61,122 nt of DNA, filler included, from Platydemus manokwari (GCA_037951405.1; 5 parts of 5 records of this genome joined end to end with filler, not necessarily neighbours in it), one strand, 5' to 3'; counted from the first letter of the whole stretch, positions 1 through 12,390 are shown. Made by a program: numbers and translations. The notes: generated by a model not told the origin, from the sequence alone.

Positions 1-599
1 TAATAAATAGAATTACAATTGAATCATTGCTGCCTATCATACTATCTCCATATAGTATTGATAGTGAGGTGAAACAGAAAGAAGTAAATAACTAAAAGGG
101 TCTAATCGTACCTAAGGGGTTGGTCAGAGCTCACCGAGACTGATAAAGACAGGATTGATTCACAGATAGAGTGTAAAAGATTGAGACTGATAACAAAATA
201 TTATTGATTAAATAAAAAAGCAACCCCAAAACGCATCAAGTGTACAAAGTTTATAAATATTAAACTTACGCTTCTCGACAATATAAGACAAAGACCCCAC
301 CGGATTCATCAACAAAATATCGAACCATATGTCTGAACAATAAAATTGACAAATTCGTACAATACCTACAATTCATTAAAAATTATAAAGATACCATACA
401 ATCAATTGTACGAGGGATCGTGAAATAGTTAGAAATCAAATGGTTATTGCTTTAACCAATCCGCGCACGTGGAATCCACTTCTGATTGCTGAAAAAATAG
501 CCATTCATCAATTACTAATGATATAAAATTGGAAAAAATTATAAAACGGTACCGAGACCAAATGGTACTTGAAACCACCAGTAACTTATTATCAAACTA

Positions 600-945
600 C
601 AGTCACTGAAAAGTCGCTATTCCTATAATATCACGTATTATTTCGGTAAACTTATTCAAGGCTTCAGTAAAATTATTTCAAGTGATGGTGTCTCACGTGT
701 AAGGCGTGCCAATACAAGGAAATACCGGGAACAGGAATAAAGTATCTCAACCTATAGCCGTTCCCACTTCTAACATGGAGATCACTACGAATATTCCATT
801 TGACGAAGATAGAAAATAAATATATGAAATCCAATAACCTGAGATGGCCATAGTCGCAAGAGTCTCTGTAGAAGAAATAGTTTACCGATATGGGATCTCG
901 ATAAAGTTTCTCAGTGACAGAGGAAGAGTATTTCTATCTAAGAAT
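600..945 (+). mobile_element. Degenerate Gypsy-type LTR retrotransposon integrase fragment
   Basis: Broken frames give TCKACQY (Zn-finger CxxC), QPIAV and AIVARVSVEEIVYRYGISIKFLSDRGRVFLSK (integrase core SDRGxxF motif). Stops and frameshifts are present. Confidence 0.65.
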
Positions 946-969
946 TTTCTCAGATTAAATCTAATATAC

Positions 970-1400
970 AGAGAAATATTCTCTGATTAAATTTAATCGA
1001 TTGGATAGTTTATTCAGTGATTGTATTTATTATGCTCGATAATAAATGGTAATTTATTTGTCGATGTTATGATCGATAATATTGTTGTTATTTTATAAAT
1101 TAATTTATTATTTAGGGAATTTTAATGGATTTGTTCTAAGTGGGTTTTACTAATATTATTATATTACATATTCATAGATAATAATTATTATAAATACTAA
1201 TATTTTTGAGCTGATTTCACTCAAGCTGTTAAGATATAAAAAATACATACTGATTAAATAAAAATTAATAATATACATGTCATACGCATTGTCATGCATA
1301 AAAATATGATTGTTATAAAAATTGTTAAATAATGTTGCAAAGTTTTAGTCTGAATTAATGATTTGGCCAAAACTCCAACATGTGTACAAAAATTTATGAT
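970..1400 (+). repeat. Unclassified dispersed repeat, copy 1 (copy 2 at ~59290-59730)
   Basis: Colinear shared blocks, e.g. ctctgattaaatttaat, taatttattatttagggaatt, catagat.ataattattataaatact and catgcataaaaata. Confidence 0.7.
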
Positions 1401-2768
1401 TATTTATTATCTGCTTAGGCCATTATTATTTCTTGAATACCATGACTAAAAAAAATAATTAGTGAAGAACAAGGATGAAGATATTTTTACAATTAGTGAA
1501 TTTATATTTGGGATTAAATCAATAGTAATCAAATTTACCATAGCTCAAACTTTAAATACTAACAATTTGATGCTCACATTTTAGATAATCTTCTTTGTTT
1601 TGTTGTTCTGAGTTAGTTAAGTTTGCATCGAAGACAGCATCAAGTCTCGAAATATAATTTAAAATTTGATCTTTAACTTGTTAAATTCGACTAAGCTTAC
1701 TAAATTGATTGCTAATAGATTAATTACTGATAAATTGCTCCATTTCAAACTTATTAAAAATCACAGAAGAATTAAATCATAAGCTTAATATTCCAATAAA
1801 CTAAATACATCAAAATGCACACCAAAAACCAATGACAACAGTAATAACGACATTTACAAGAGTGAGAATAGAATATATCACATTACAATAGCATTGTAAT
1901 ATATAATCACGACATTAAAAACAATGTATTGTAATTAAAACTGGCAATTGATGTACGTAAATAAAATGATAATTTTGAATAGTATCTAAAGAATAACGAA
2001 GTATAGAATTAACATTTTGATCTCATAATTTCCAAATGAAATTAATTTTCCTTCAGGCTAATTAATTCATTTGAAGATATTGACTGTATCACTATTACCA
2101 ATTTGCCATTTAATAAAAACATCAAACATCCCACTCAAAGTATGATAATGTTAAATGCAATAATTTGATATTAACTTATTTAATAATTCATGAGTTTTGC
2201 AAATGCCTGTAACGAAAATAAATCATTCGCATACTTTCAATTAGAAACTTTGCTGGAATAAATCATTAGCACTTAAACTAAAATAAGAAATAATTTTCAA
2301 AAACAGCAACAAAATTTTAATGAAACAAATTTAAATTCAAAACAAACTCAGTATAAAAAATGGAACACTAAAATTTATTTAACACAGTAACGATAAAACT
2401 AAGTTCAGTCCATTAGTATTTACCTAAAATAAAATAATAATTTAAAATATTGTTAAATATAAAAAATTGTTGCTCTAAACATGCACATCATATAAACTAC
2501 TTAATACACATTACTAATTAATTTACTTGAAAATTCTTTTTTAAAAGTAGTATGATGGCATCTTCAATTTTAAATTTTTCTAATTTTCAATCCTTAAACG
2601 TTCTTTCTCAAATAAGCTTATAATTTCTTTAATTTCAGATTTTCTATATTCTTTAAAATAAGTTTTCTTATCTTCTTTCAACCTTCAAAATAAAATTATA
2701 AATAACAAAGAAATTTTACTATTGTACTTAGACATCTAATCTTTAATTAAAAAATAAAATTAGGGAAT

Positions 2769-3638
2769 TTAGTAACCATTACGTCTGGTATAGGTCCTTG
2801 AACGAGATCTAGCATAAGGGCTTCTTGAACGATATCTTCGTCTATCATCAGGAGATCGTCGACTATAAGGATCTCTATCATCATAACTACCATAACCATA
2901 ACCCCCACGTCTGGTTGATCTAAATACAATTTTTAAATAAATAGATAAGGTTAGCTATACTTTTTTCCCAAATAAACTCCAGGTGTGGGCGTATGAGCTT
3001 TCCTAGTAATACTATAGTCGATTCTAACTACTCTCCCATCAATCTCAATTCCATGAGCACTATCTTTTGCATTTTTAGCAGATTCAACGGCTTCATAATA
3101 GATAAATCCAAATCCTCTAGATCGTCCTTCGTGAACATATTCAGATTGAGTAAAAAGGAATTCTATTTACCGGTATAATTATCCAAAACAAGCTGTACAT
3201 CCTTAATTTCACCATATTTCTGAAAAACACGATACAAATCTTTTTCATCGGTCTTTAAAGATAAACCAAAAACACCAATGCATGTGGAAGGCTTTGGGTT
3301 ATCACGATCCCCGGAATATCTGCGTCTATATCGATTTGGTGATCTTGAAACTGACCTTCTATAGCGCGAACTATATATGTAGATATCAGTTTTATGTTTT
3401 GAAACACCAATAACTGAAAAACCTTCTGCTATAACTTTTAGAAAAACTTCTTGAGTAACTTCTGTTCATACGTCTCGGTGTTCTAGATCTACTACGACTT
3501 CTTGGGGAATAAGTCAAACTTCTGGAACGTGATCTAGATACAAACCGGTGCCTGTTTGGGGAACTATAACTTCTAGATCGTCTCTACATTTTAAAAATTT
3601 ACTTAAAATTCCAAACTTTTTAATCTTACTGGACTCAT
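2769..3638 (-). CDS. tra-2: Transformer-2-like splicing factor, paralogue A (~228 aa). Exons 3638-3630, 3583-3423, 3370-3171, 3126-2961, 2919-2769
   Basis: The spliced frame is open (687 nt) across four GT-AG introns of 41-52 nt. It encodes an RS domain, an RRM (GDRDNPKPSTCIGVFGLS...GRSRGFGFIYY...IDGRVVRIDYSITRKAHTPTPGVYLG, the Tra2 signature) and a second RS domain. The last few codons could be spliced differently. Confidence 0.93.
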
Positions 3639-3945
3639 AAATATGGCTTCTTAAAAAATGACAGAATAAAAATAATGCATTTAAACAAAAAAAAATTTCA
3701 ATAAGAATTTTATAATTTACTATTTAAAACTACGCAAAATAAGATAAGAAACCATATTTCAAATATATTTTAATTCACTCGAATTTTTCTAATAAAAAGT
3801 CTTCAAAATCTTTCTCATTAAATTTGTTTTTTCATTTCTTATTTTCTTTATTTTCTTATATCAAAACGTAACCAATATCTTCTATAACATGATAAAATTG
3901 ACATCAACAATTCATCAGAACTTTAAACATTTATTTTCTTTTAAT

Positions 3946-4938
3946 TCATCGATCACGCTTAGGATAACTTCCATAGCTTCTTGAACTGGATCTTCGATAA
4001 GGAGTTCTACTTCTAGAGCGGGGACGCCTGCGATCAGAATACTCGCGCCTACCATAACTATCTCTATGATCTCTATCATCATAATCTTTTTCGTCATATC
4101 GCCCACGGCGTCTAGAACTTATAAATTACATTATTTTAAATCCGGTTATTAAGAATTTACGATTTTTTGCCAAGATATACACCGGGTGTGGGAGTATGAG
4201 CTTTTCTAGTTATACTATAATCAATTCTAACAACTTTCCCATCAATTTCCATCCCATTTCCTTCAACTTTAGCTTTGGTAGCTGACTCGATTTCATCGTA
4301 ATAAATAAAACCAAACCCTTGGGACATACCTTAATGAAAAACATTAATATATAAATAAATAAAATATTCAATTACGAGTATATTTATCCATTACTAACTG
4401 GATACTTTTTATGTGTCCGTACCTTTCAAAAATAGACCATAATTGCCGGTCTTCTGTTCTTTTTGATAATCCAAAAACACCAATGCAACTAGAAGGTGTC
4501 GGATGTTCCCTGTCTCCGTGAATTTTACGTCTTATCCTAGGTGGTGACCTTGACCTTGAATATGACCTCCTTTGTCTACGTCTATAGTCGTGTGACGCAC
4601 TTCGCGAATAACTTCGGTTGGTCTTCCGCGGTCTTCTCGGAGAGCGTCTTGGTGACAATCTTCTCGGAGACCTACTGAGTGATCTCCTAGGTGACCGACT
4701 ATAAAATGATCTTCTTGATGACCTGCTAATTGGCGACCGACGTAGTAACCTATTTCGAATAGGAGATCTTGACATAGATCGAGATTTTGAATATTTTTTA
4801 AATCCGTTTTGTCTATTTGGAGATCTCGAATGAGAACCAAATCTATTTCTGATAATGCTATTAGTTGGTGGTGAATTATTCTAGATTTATATATAAAGAT
4901 AGATAAAATAAAAAAACAAAATGCAGTACTCGACTCAT
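3946..4938 (-). CDS. tra-2: Transformer-2-like splicing factor, paralogue B (~284 aa). Exons 4938-4930, 4880-4376, 4329-4161, 4117-3946
   Basis: The spliced frame is open (855 nt) across three GT-AG introns of 43-49 nt. It encodes a long RS1 domain, GDREHPTPSSCIGVFGLS, QGFGFIYY, IDGKVVRIDYSITRKAHTPTPGVYLG and an RS2 domain ending PKRDR*. Confidence 0.93.
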
Positions 4939-5949
4939 TAAATAAAATTTTAAATAGTTTAAATATTTAAACAATTATTACTTAAACAAAATTAGCTTGA
5001 AACTTCACTAATAAATTTAAATTACATATTATTAAAGTAGTGTCGTAGTTCAATAAAAAAACTTAGTAAATACGCGTTAATTTTCAGTAGAAATGAATTT
5101 AAAAGATTTATTACATTAATTTACACGGTATTCATAAAATTTCGTGGTTTAACTAAATTGAATAAAATCGATCGTGCTCCGAAATCCAATAGTATTTCGA
5201 AGCAAGGAATTTTTAAAATATAAGTGTTCATATTAATAATGATATCAACATTGGATCGCCAAGTAAAGATATATCAGAAGTAGCCCTCTCTCCAGATCTT
5301 ATCCGAAAATCCAGACGGCAAAGATATGCGTTGGAAAAGAATAAATAAAAAATATCAGAGACTTCTTAATAAAATGTTTCTTGCTATGAAAACTATGATA
5401 ATCAATAAAAATACAATCACAGAATTTGTTTATATTATACTATGTACACAAAAAACTGCAGACAATTGAATTTATGGAAAGTTTTGATTAATAAGCTTCA
5501 TAAAGGAGAAAATAAAATACATACTTATCTATGATTTTATTTGATCATCTTGGTAATTCTTTTAAACCTTATAGATTTTATAGGTTTAATCCATTAGATT
5601 ACTTTATTTTGTATTTGATTTGACGTTTTAACACAAAAGATTATTGGTCGGCTTTTTATTATTTAGTTTTTGTAAATAAACAAAGGTATTGTTGGTATGT
5701 GAGTATATGTGAATTTGTTCAAAACAGATTTTGTCGTTGCATAAATTTTTAATTCAAATAGCCAAATAATTTTAATTGTAAATTTGTTAACTTTTGATTA
5801 AATCACTTTAACTTCTCACTAATTAAACCTATTCAATTTAAAACTATAGTTTGGAAAAACGTCGAAGATTAAGAAATAATGTGAAGTATCTAAATTAATA
5901 CTGGGATAGCACATTAGTACAATTAAAAATATACAACTGGCGGTGCCAT

Positions 5950-8700
5950 TGGGGTTATATACGAGGTTTACTACACTTCAATCTCTATATGGATGAGCAT
6001 AAGAACGGTGCATCCTCAATGCCCCTACTCTTCTTTCGAAGATATCTAATAAAACCCAGAAGACATCACCACCCAATGATTATCTAGTCCAGTCATTGAG
6101 GCATTCTTCATTTCTGGGATTCTGTGCCCCACCGAACAGATCTTTAGAAAGCCCCAACCCACGAATACCATCCTTAAACATGATTGCAAAACATTCTATC
6201 ACTCTTTTCTGTCAGATCACCTCGCCGCCTGGAAAGTTGGTTTTTGGTTAATTAATTGAAATAACCAGCATTAGAATCTTTATCTAGTCGATACCACCAA
6301 ATCGGTGTCATTTTTCGTTGACACTACCACTTTTTTCTTATGTGAGACCCAGTAAACTTTATGGAGCATCCTAGATTTACTCTTTCAGAACCTCGATGCC
6401 ATTAAGTCAAATATTTTCATTACACAATAAATTATACCAGATCTCCCAAAACAACTAAAATACAAAGTATGACCTTTTCGTCATTCAGCACATCTTGGAC
6501 TATTCCACCCAATCTGAAATCTTCCATTCTTCGCCCAGCCAGATCTTGGGAGTGAAATTAATAAGACCGTTTCAAACATTATCCATTTGCGAAAATCACA
6601 TAAAAATATTACGCCATCATATATAATCCACCCTATACTAAATAATGCCTGAAATTGCTTGAATTAGACTCCCTAAATATTTCTGATATACTTGCAATGT
6701 TTTTTAAGGCAATTACCGCACCAGAACCCACACGCTTAAATACTAAGAAATCAACAAAATCATCAGTCTTGCATCTCACTACTTCCGAATGTTCCGAATT
6801 TAAGCTCCTCCAACAATACAAGCTTCAGCCCAAAAAACTGTTCAGCCACTGCTACCGTCTTCGGCCCCACTATCACTTCCATTCATAGACACTATTATAG
6901 CTCATTTTACTGTACCGCTCCCCCTACGACAAATTCCAACAAACTTTAACCTATTCTCCGGCGGCTTTAAATTAACCTTTAGCCGATCACACTAGATTAA
7001 ATTACATATTGCTTTAAAGGTCTTTCAAACCTAGCTCCTGGTAGTGATAGCAAAATATATGCTTATTTGATAACTATAGGTCCCCAACAAACCTTTCTTC
7101 TCGCCCTATTTATCAAAATTTTATTAACCAAAGTTATCATAAATCAATAAACAACCTGTAACCTCTTTTTGAAACCCGGTAAAAATTCGACCTCACACAT
7201 TGTCACATCTTGGCACCCAATAGCTCTGATTAAGGCCTCCTATAGACTATTCGCCACCATCCCCAAGAATAGGCTTTTGAATAGAATCATCGCTGGCAAA
7301 CCTCTCCCCGATAACCAAAAATCAATTATTACCTCAGATGTTTGTGCTGAGCACAACGCTTACCTCTTTTCACTTTCCCAATTTGCAGCTCACAACAACT
7401 CGAACTTATACATTTATTGGATTGATTTACGCGGGATCTTCTCCAGACTTCCATACGAACTCATTTGGGTGCAAATCTCACTATATAGCTATGATATTAT
7501 CACGTTATAAGGATTCCCATATGATTTACACCTGTCATAATTTAAATATCCCCTTTATCCCTATTCACAGTGAAGTTAAACAAAGTTGCCTCACTAAAGA
7601 CTTTTTGCTGACATCATCCGCTGCCCTCAAAATCCCTCTCATAGTTCACTCCAAACCCCTATCTACACAACCTATACGTTGATGAAATAGCTATAGTTGC
7701 AAACTCCGGTGAAAACCTTGAACTTAGATTAAATCACATTTATCAAGTAGCTTCCACAATCTTAAATGCAGTACCAAAAAATATGGATATTTCACCAACA
7801 ATCCCTTTAATAGGACTTCAGGCTCAAAAATTAATCTATTCCCATAGTCGATAATCAAAACCTTTATACATATCTCGGAGTAACTTTTGGCCTTCCTAAA
7901 CGTACCCCTATGACTGACATTCTTCAGAATGTCTTGGCTGAATTTGAGACAATTGCCAAGTCCAGTCTCCAGCCATACCAAAAATTTCAGGGATATAATA
8001 CTTTTTCGCCTTTTATTCCATTTCCGGATCCAACAAATTGAAACCACTCAATTACATTCTCGTACTTTGATTCATTATGACGAAGACTCCAAAACTCAGG
8101 CCTTTCATAGAAGAATTCATTTTATTGCCCATAACAATTTAGTGCTACTCAATTACTCTCATACTTCATTAAGCTCAACAAATTCCTCCTTTGCCAGATG
8201 TAACTGTCAGCTCGAAACTGCTGCCCATGTATTTGTTCACTGACTAGCTACCTCAAGAAAAGCAGCAAAAAATCCTAAACATCATGGGCACGTATCTCCA
8301 ATATCTTGGCATTGGCACTGATATTGATTCGGCTCCCGTTGAGATAGATACTAGCTTCGACCCGACTTAATTATCGGATACCATGGGAAATAAACATACA
8401 TTTTAATAGACCTTAAAATTCCATAAGGCAAAGGCACAAATTTAACTCTGTACCGTGCTTTAAACTATGAAAAATACAAATCCCTCCCTTAAAAATCGCA
8501 ACCACCACAAAACAACAAACAACACTAGATGTCCTTAATAAAAGAGTTTTAGGATCATGGGACCCACATAATGATAAAATACTTAAGCTATTGGGGTTAA
8601 ATAATGAGCACTTAAATTTTCTATTTTCAGTAATTATCCTCACACTTGTAAGGAATGCCCACGTTACATATAATGCTCACATAAGTTAAGATAGACCTAA
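5950..8700 (+). mobile_element. Decayed non-LTR retrotransposon with reverse transcriptase and restriction-like endonuclease (NeSL/Utopia/R5-like)
   Basis: Motifs occur in the expected order across broken frames: APGSD, LKPGK..SWHPIALIKASYRLFATI, NQK..DVCAEH, WIDL, VKQSC, YVDEIA (YADD equivalent), RCNCQLETAAHVFVH (CCHC), LRPDLI, ILIDLKIP and VLGSWDPHNDKILKLLG. The boundaries are approximate. Confidence 0.8.
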
Positions 8701-10297
8701 ATTAACTCGCCCCTTGACACAATAAGCTATTTTTCTCTTCTAATTAACTTAACTCAAATTTTAATTTTTTTCACGACATATTCCGCGTTCAATATCTTCT
8801 CCGATCAATATGCTCATGCCAACAGTGACAGTACTTAACATTCCCAAAATGCCTACTTTGTTCAATCAATCCTTGCTAAATTTAAGCAATGGAACCCGCA
8901 TTCTCCTTCTGCTTCTCCAGATCCTCAAGACTGACCGATCAGTTTGTCACCGGAGGTCCATGCACCACTGGTATATTTAATTAAGTTATCTATGCCCGGA
9001 AGACTTTTTATTCAACGAACTTCAGATTCAACACTCAACATTCAATACTCAACAGATGACAATCAATATATGATGTCCCACAAACACAAACTAGATCACA
9101 GATCCTGATAATAGTTTCCTCAAATTGACAATAACAATGAATTCCTCCAAAATATTCACGACCTAACTTCTCATCTACATCTGAAAAAAGCCAAAAAATA
9201 GAAAAAATTACTGGGAAGCTCAAAAATTTGCTGCTCTTGTTATTCGAACCCCGTTATAGCTACGGGCTCATACCAAGAAGATACAACCATAAAAAAACAT
9301 ATTATATATTTCAAAGCCGACGTGAGGGATTTTCCCTACGCGTCGTGAAGAACATTTTTATTTGAATTAAATATTAGTTTTCTCAAGAATACACAATTGG
9401 AATGTGTTTACTGAAATATTTGAAGGTTTATTGTTATACCATTATACTATTATTATTATTACAATTATATGATGGAGTATAACGCTTTGCTAATCGTCGA
9501 ACTAAATTAAAATTAAATTATTAATTGGATAATGTATTTCAAACAACTGTCATTTATATTCAAGATAAAGCTAAATGTGTACAAAATTGCTTATAGAAAT
9601 TATAAAAAATATATAAGTAATTATCAAGAACAATTGAAACAAACAAAAGTGTTTTTCAATATCCATTGTGCCACAAAAGTGAGTTAAAGAGAATCCGAAA
9701 GCGGATGGAGAAGAGAGTTGAAGAGAATTTTTAAGAACTGACATAAATTATTAAATAGATTATTTAATATTTTCAAATTATGATCATATAAGTTTAAAAT
9801 TATTAATTGATATGATGATCAAATTGAAAATAATAATATCAAATGAACCTTATTCCGCTCAGTGTATAGGAACTAAATTTCTTAAAATAATCACAATAGT
9901 TTTGTCTCCAAATAGATAGTAAAAATGATCAATATCTTTGATTAATTATAACTGTGCTATTGATTTTGTGTTTTTTGATTTAATGTGATTCTCCGCGACA
10001 GTCTCGATCAATTCTCGAAATGAAGATAAGTTGAAAATTTGTTGTGGTTTAACTCGAAAAGTGCTTTTCGTAATTGTATTAAATGTGAAGTGTTTAAGTG
10101 TGTTTCGATCGGTCACTTTAATTAATGAATTTTTCACATTATATTATTTTATTTTCGCATTATGTATTTTTAATTAAATATCTTTATTATCTATTTTTAT
10201 ATGTTATCAATTTATTATTCTTTATCAGTGCTATTTATCTCCTTTCTCTCTTCTCTTCTATAAATAATAATTAAATAATTATAATTTAATAACTATA

Positions 10298-10397
10298 NNN
10301 NNNNNNNNNNNNNNNNNNNNNNNNNNNNNNNNNNNNNNNNNTTAATTAATTAANNNNNNNNNNNNNNNNNNNNNNNNNNNNNNNNNNNNNNNNNNNN
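10298..10397. other. Assembly gap with artificial TTAATTAATTAA linker (same at 20385-20484, 33646-33745, 44469-44568; plain N gap at 23911-24054)
   Basis: An identical N44-TTAATTAATTAA-N44 construct occurs four times. The linker encodes stops in all six frames. Confidence 0.95.
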
Positions 10398-10561
10398 CAT
10401 AGGGCTATCTAATAAGATGTTTGATCAGTACTCTCATAATTTCTAGAAATAATCAAAAGAGATTTTCCTTTATTTTAATTATCACATATTTAAAAGTTAA
10501 CAATACTCTATTTATTTAACTTGTTCTCATTTTTTATTCATTTCAAAGATATTTATATCTC

Positions 10562-12094
10562 TTAATAATCATACTTGCTGAGATTACAATCCAAAATTTC
10601 CATTGATCCATGTTTTATTTCAGTCTGAAGAGAAATTTAGAAATTAAATTAACTGTATTGGAAGAAAAATTGACAAACCATAAATAATTGTTGCCTTTCT
10701 TTTTTCCTAATACCTAATTTTTGTCTTTGATAATTAATAGCCATTCTTTCATAGTGATAACCGCCTTCCATCAGAATACCTTTTTGTAGATACATTCTTA
10801 CTCGACAAAACAATCCGAATTGCGATTCAAATTGTAAAGTTGACGAAAATCCCAATTCAAATTTTCTAGCACTTGACATTTCTTTTAGTTGGCAAAATCT
10901 TTTTAGTCTCTTTCGTCTCTCATCTTTTAACCAAACTGGAAGTAAACCTTTCATAGTTCGGTTTCGACTAGCATATTTTATCATAACAAGAGGATCTATA
11001 TATTTATACGTTGAAATCGGTATGGCACAGTATAAAACCTTATCGCAAGGAGCGGAATAATATTTAATATAATTATTAAAATCCGCAGATTGCGTTGCTC
11101 TGGAGGTTTTCAACCATACTTGATCTAAGCTGATGTGAATCATATCAAACTTAAAAAGTAATAAATCTTGTTTGTATTTTATCAACACAGTTCCACGATT
11201 TCTATGGCTGCTTTCACTTGCATCACTACCACCCTTGCTTTCTTCGTCAAAAGGGTGCCTCATGTTTTCTATCACTAAAGAAGGTGGATGACTAACGAAC
11301 ATGACTGAATTGTATCGTAAATACAAACAACTTTTGATCTTAAATTTTTTCATTTTGCTAATTTCAGTACTTTGTTTTGGAACTTTCACTTCATTTTTAA
11401 TCGATCGAGTGCGAATTTCTTCAGATTTCGAATTGGCTTCACATGATTTATTATCGATTATTAATACATGGGTCTTCTTTGTTAGCATGTACCTATCAGA
11501 AAGTCTATCCATATAGTTACTATAATGATAATATGATTTTGGTTGGACAAATTTTTCGCAGATTTCATCCGTCATTCGTCTTTCAGAATGGCGAATGAAT
11601 ACCATTTTTACATTGGCTGTCCAAAACCGTAATCGAAATTGATATTTATTTTGATAAATACAATACAATGAACTCTGACTAATTGATCGCAAATCTTCTT
11701 TATTTTTCCAATAAGCGTCTTTTATTCGGGCATTCATATTTGTTTGTGAATTAACATTGCTGTCCAAAGCATCGCGCATGTCGTCGAGATCAAAACTAGG
11801 CGAATCACTTCGTTTGCAAATCGCGTTGACCGGCGAAATAGACAGTTCTTCTAATGTCGGAAATTTTACCCGTTGCACTGTATCGTCTTGGATTTCATCT
11901 TCTTCGGTGTCAGAAATATCAATAAAAAATTCGGATTTATTGTGATCTGGGTCATCTTCGACTGATGGATTTGGTTTTTGATTAACAATTATATAATCAC
12001 CATTTTGCAAGTCGACTTTTTTTAGACTTTCGTTTTCTGAAAATTCATTACAATGTCTATTGCATATTAATGATTTAACTTTTGATAAATCCAT
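10562..12094 (-). CDS. Uncharacterised ~490-aa protein with a partial ubiquitin-like N-terminus and a SIM-like motif. Main exon 12094-10679, probable terminal exon 10624-10562
   Basis: A 481-codon ORF in very AT-rich DNA. A 54-nt GTTTGT...TCTTCAG intron (10678-10625) would skip the ORF stop and add TEIKHGSMEILDCNLSKYDY*. No family was recognised. Confidence 0.75.
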
Positions 12095-12390
12095 TTATCG
12101 AATATTTTATTAATTTTTTATAGATACATAATGAATATTGATAATACGGCCCAGTCAAAGCAAAATAATACCAGCAGTATTTAGAATAATTTTATTGAAA
12201 AATGTCAAATAAATCTGTAAATATTTAATTGAATTATCGTTTTAAGCATTCTTCCTTTCACATTAATTAGATAGGAAATTTTAACCATGTAATTTTAATA
12301 ACTCATCTTTAAATTAATCAAATACATTACTAGGTTGGTGTTGGCCTGCGGGAATATTAAAGCTGAAATATTCTAAATATTAAAACACTC

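Noticed and set aside
2747-4840. ORF-track proteins 2747-2929, 2993-3178, 3915-4106 and 4532-4840
   Set aside because: They are alternative-frame or antisense shadows of the tra-2 exons.
9946-10137. 63-aa ORF loosely resembling a SUMO-like N-terminal half (IKVTD..TFRVK)
   Set aside because: GTG start, no clear splice sites, weak similarity, and separated from the orphan gene by a gap.
10342-10353. Recurrent palindrome TTAATTAATTAA (four copies)
   Set aside because: It is always centred in 100-nt N gaps, so it is a scaffolding linker and not biology. Gene order across these gaps is also less certain.
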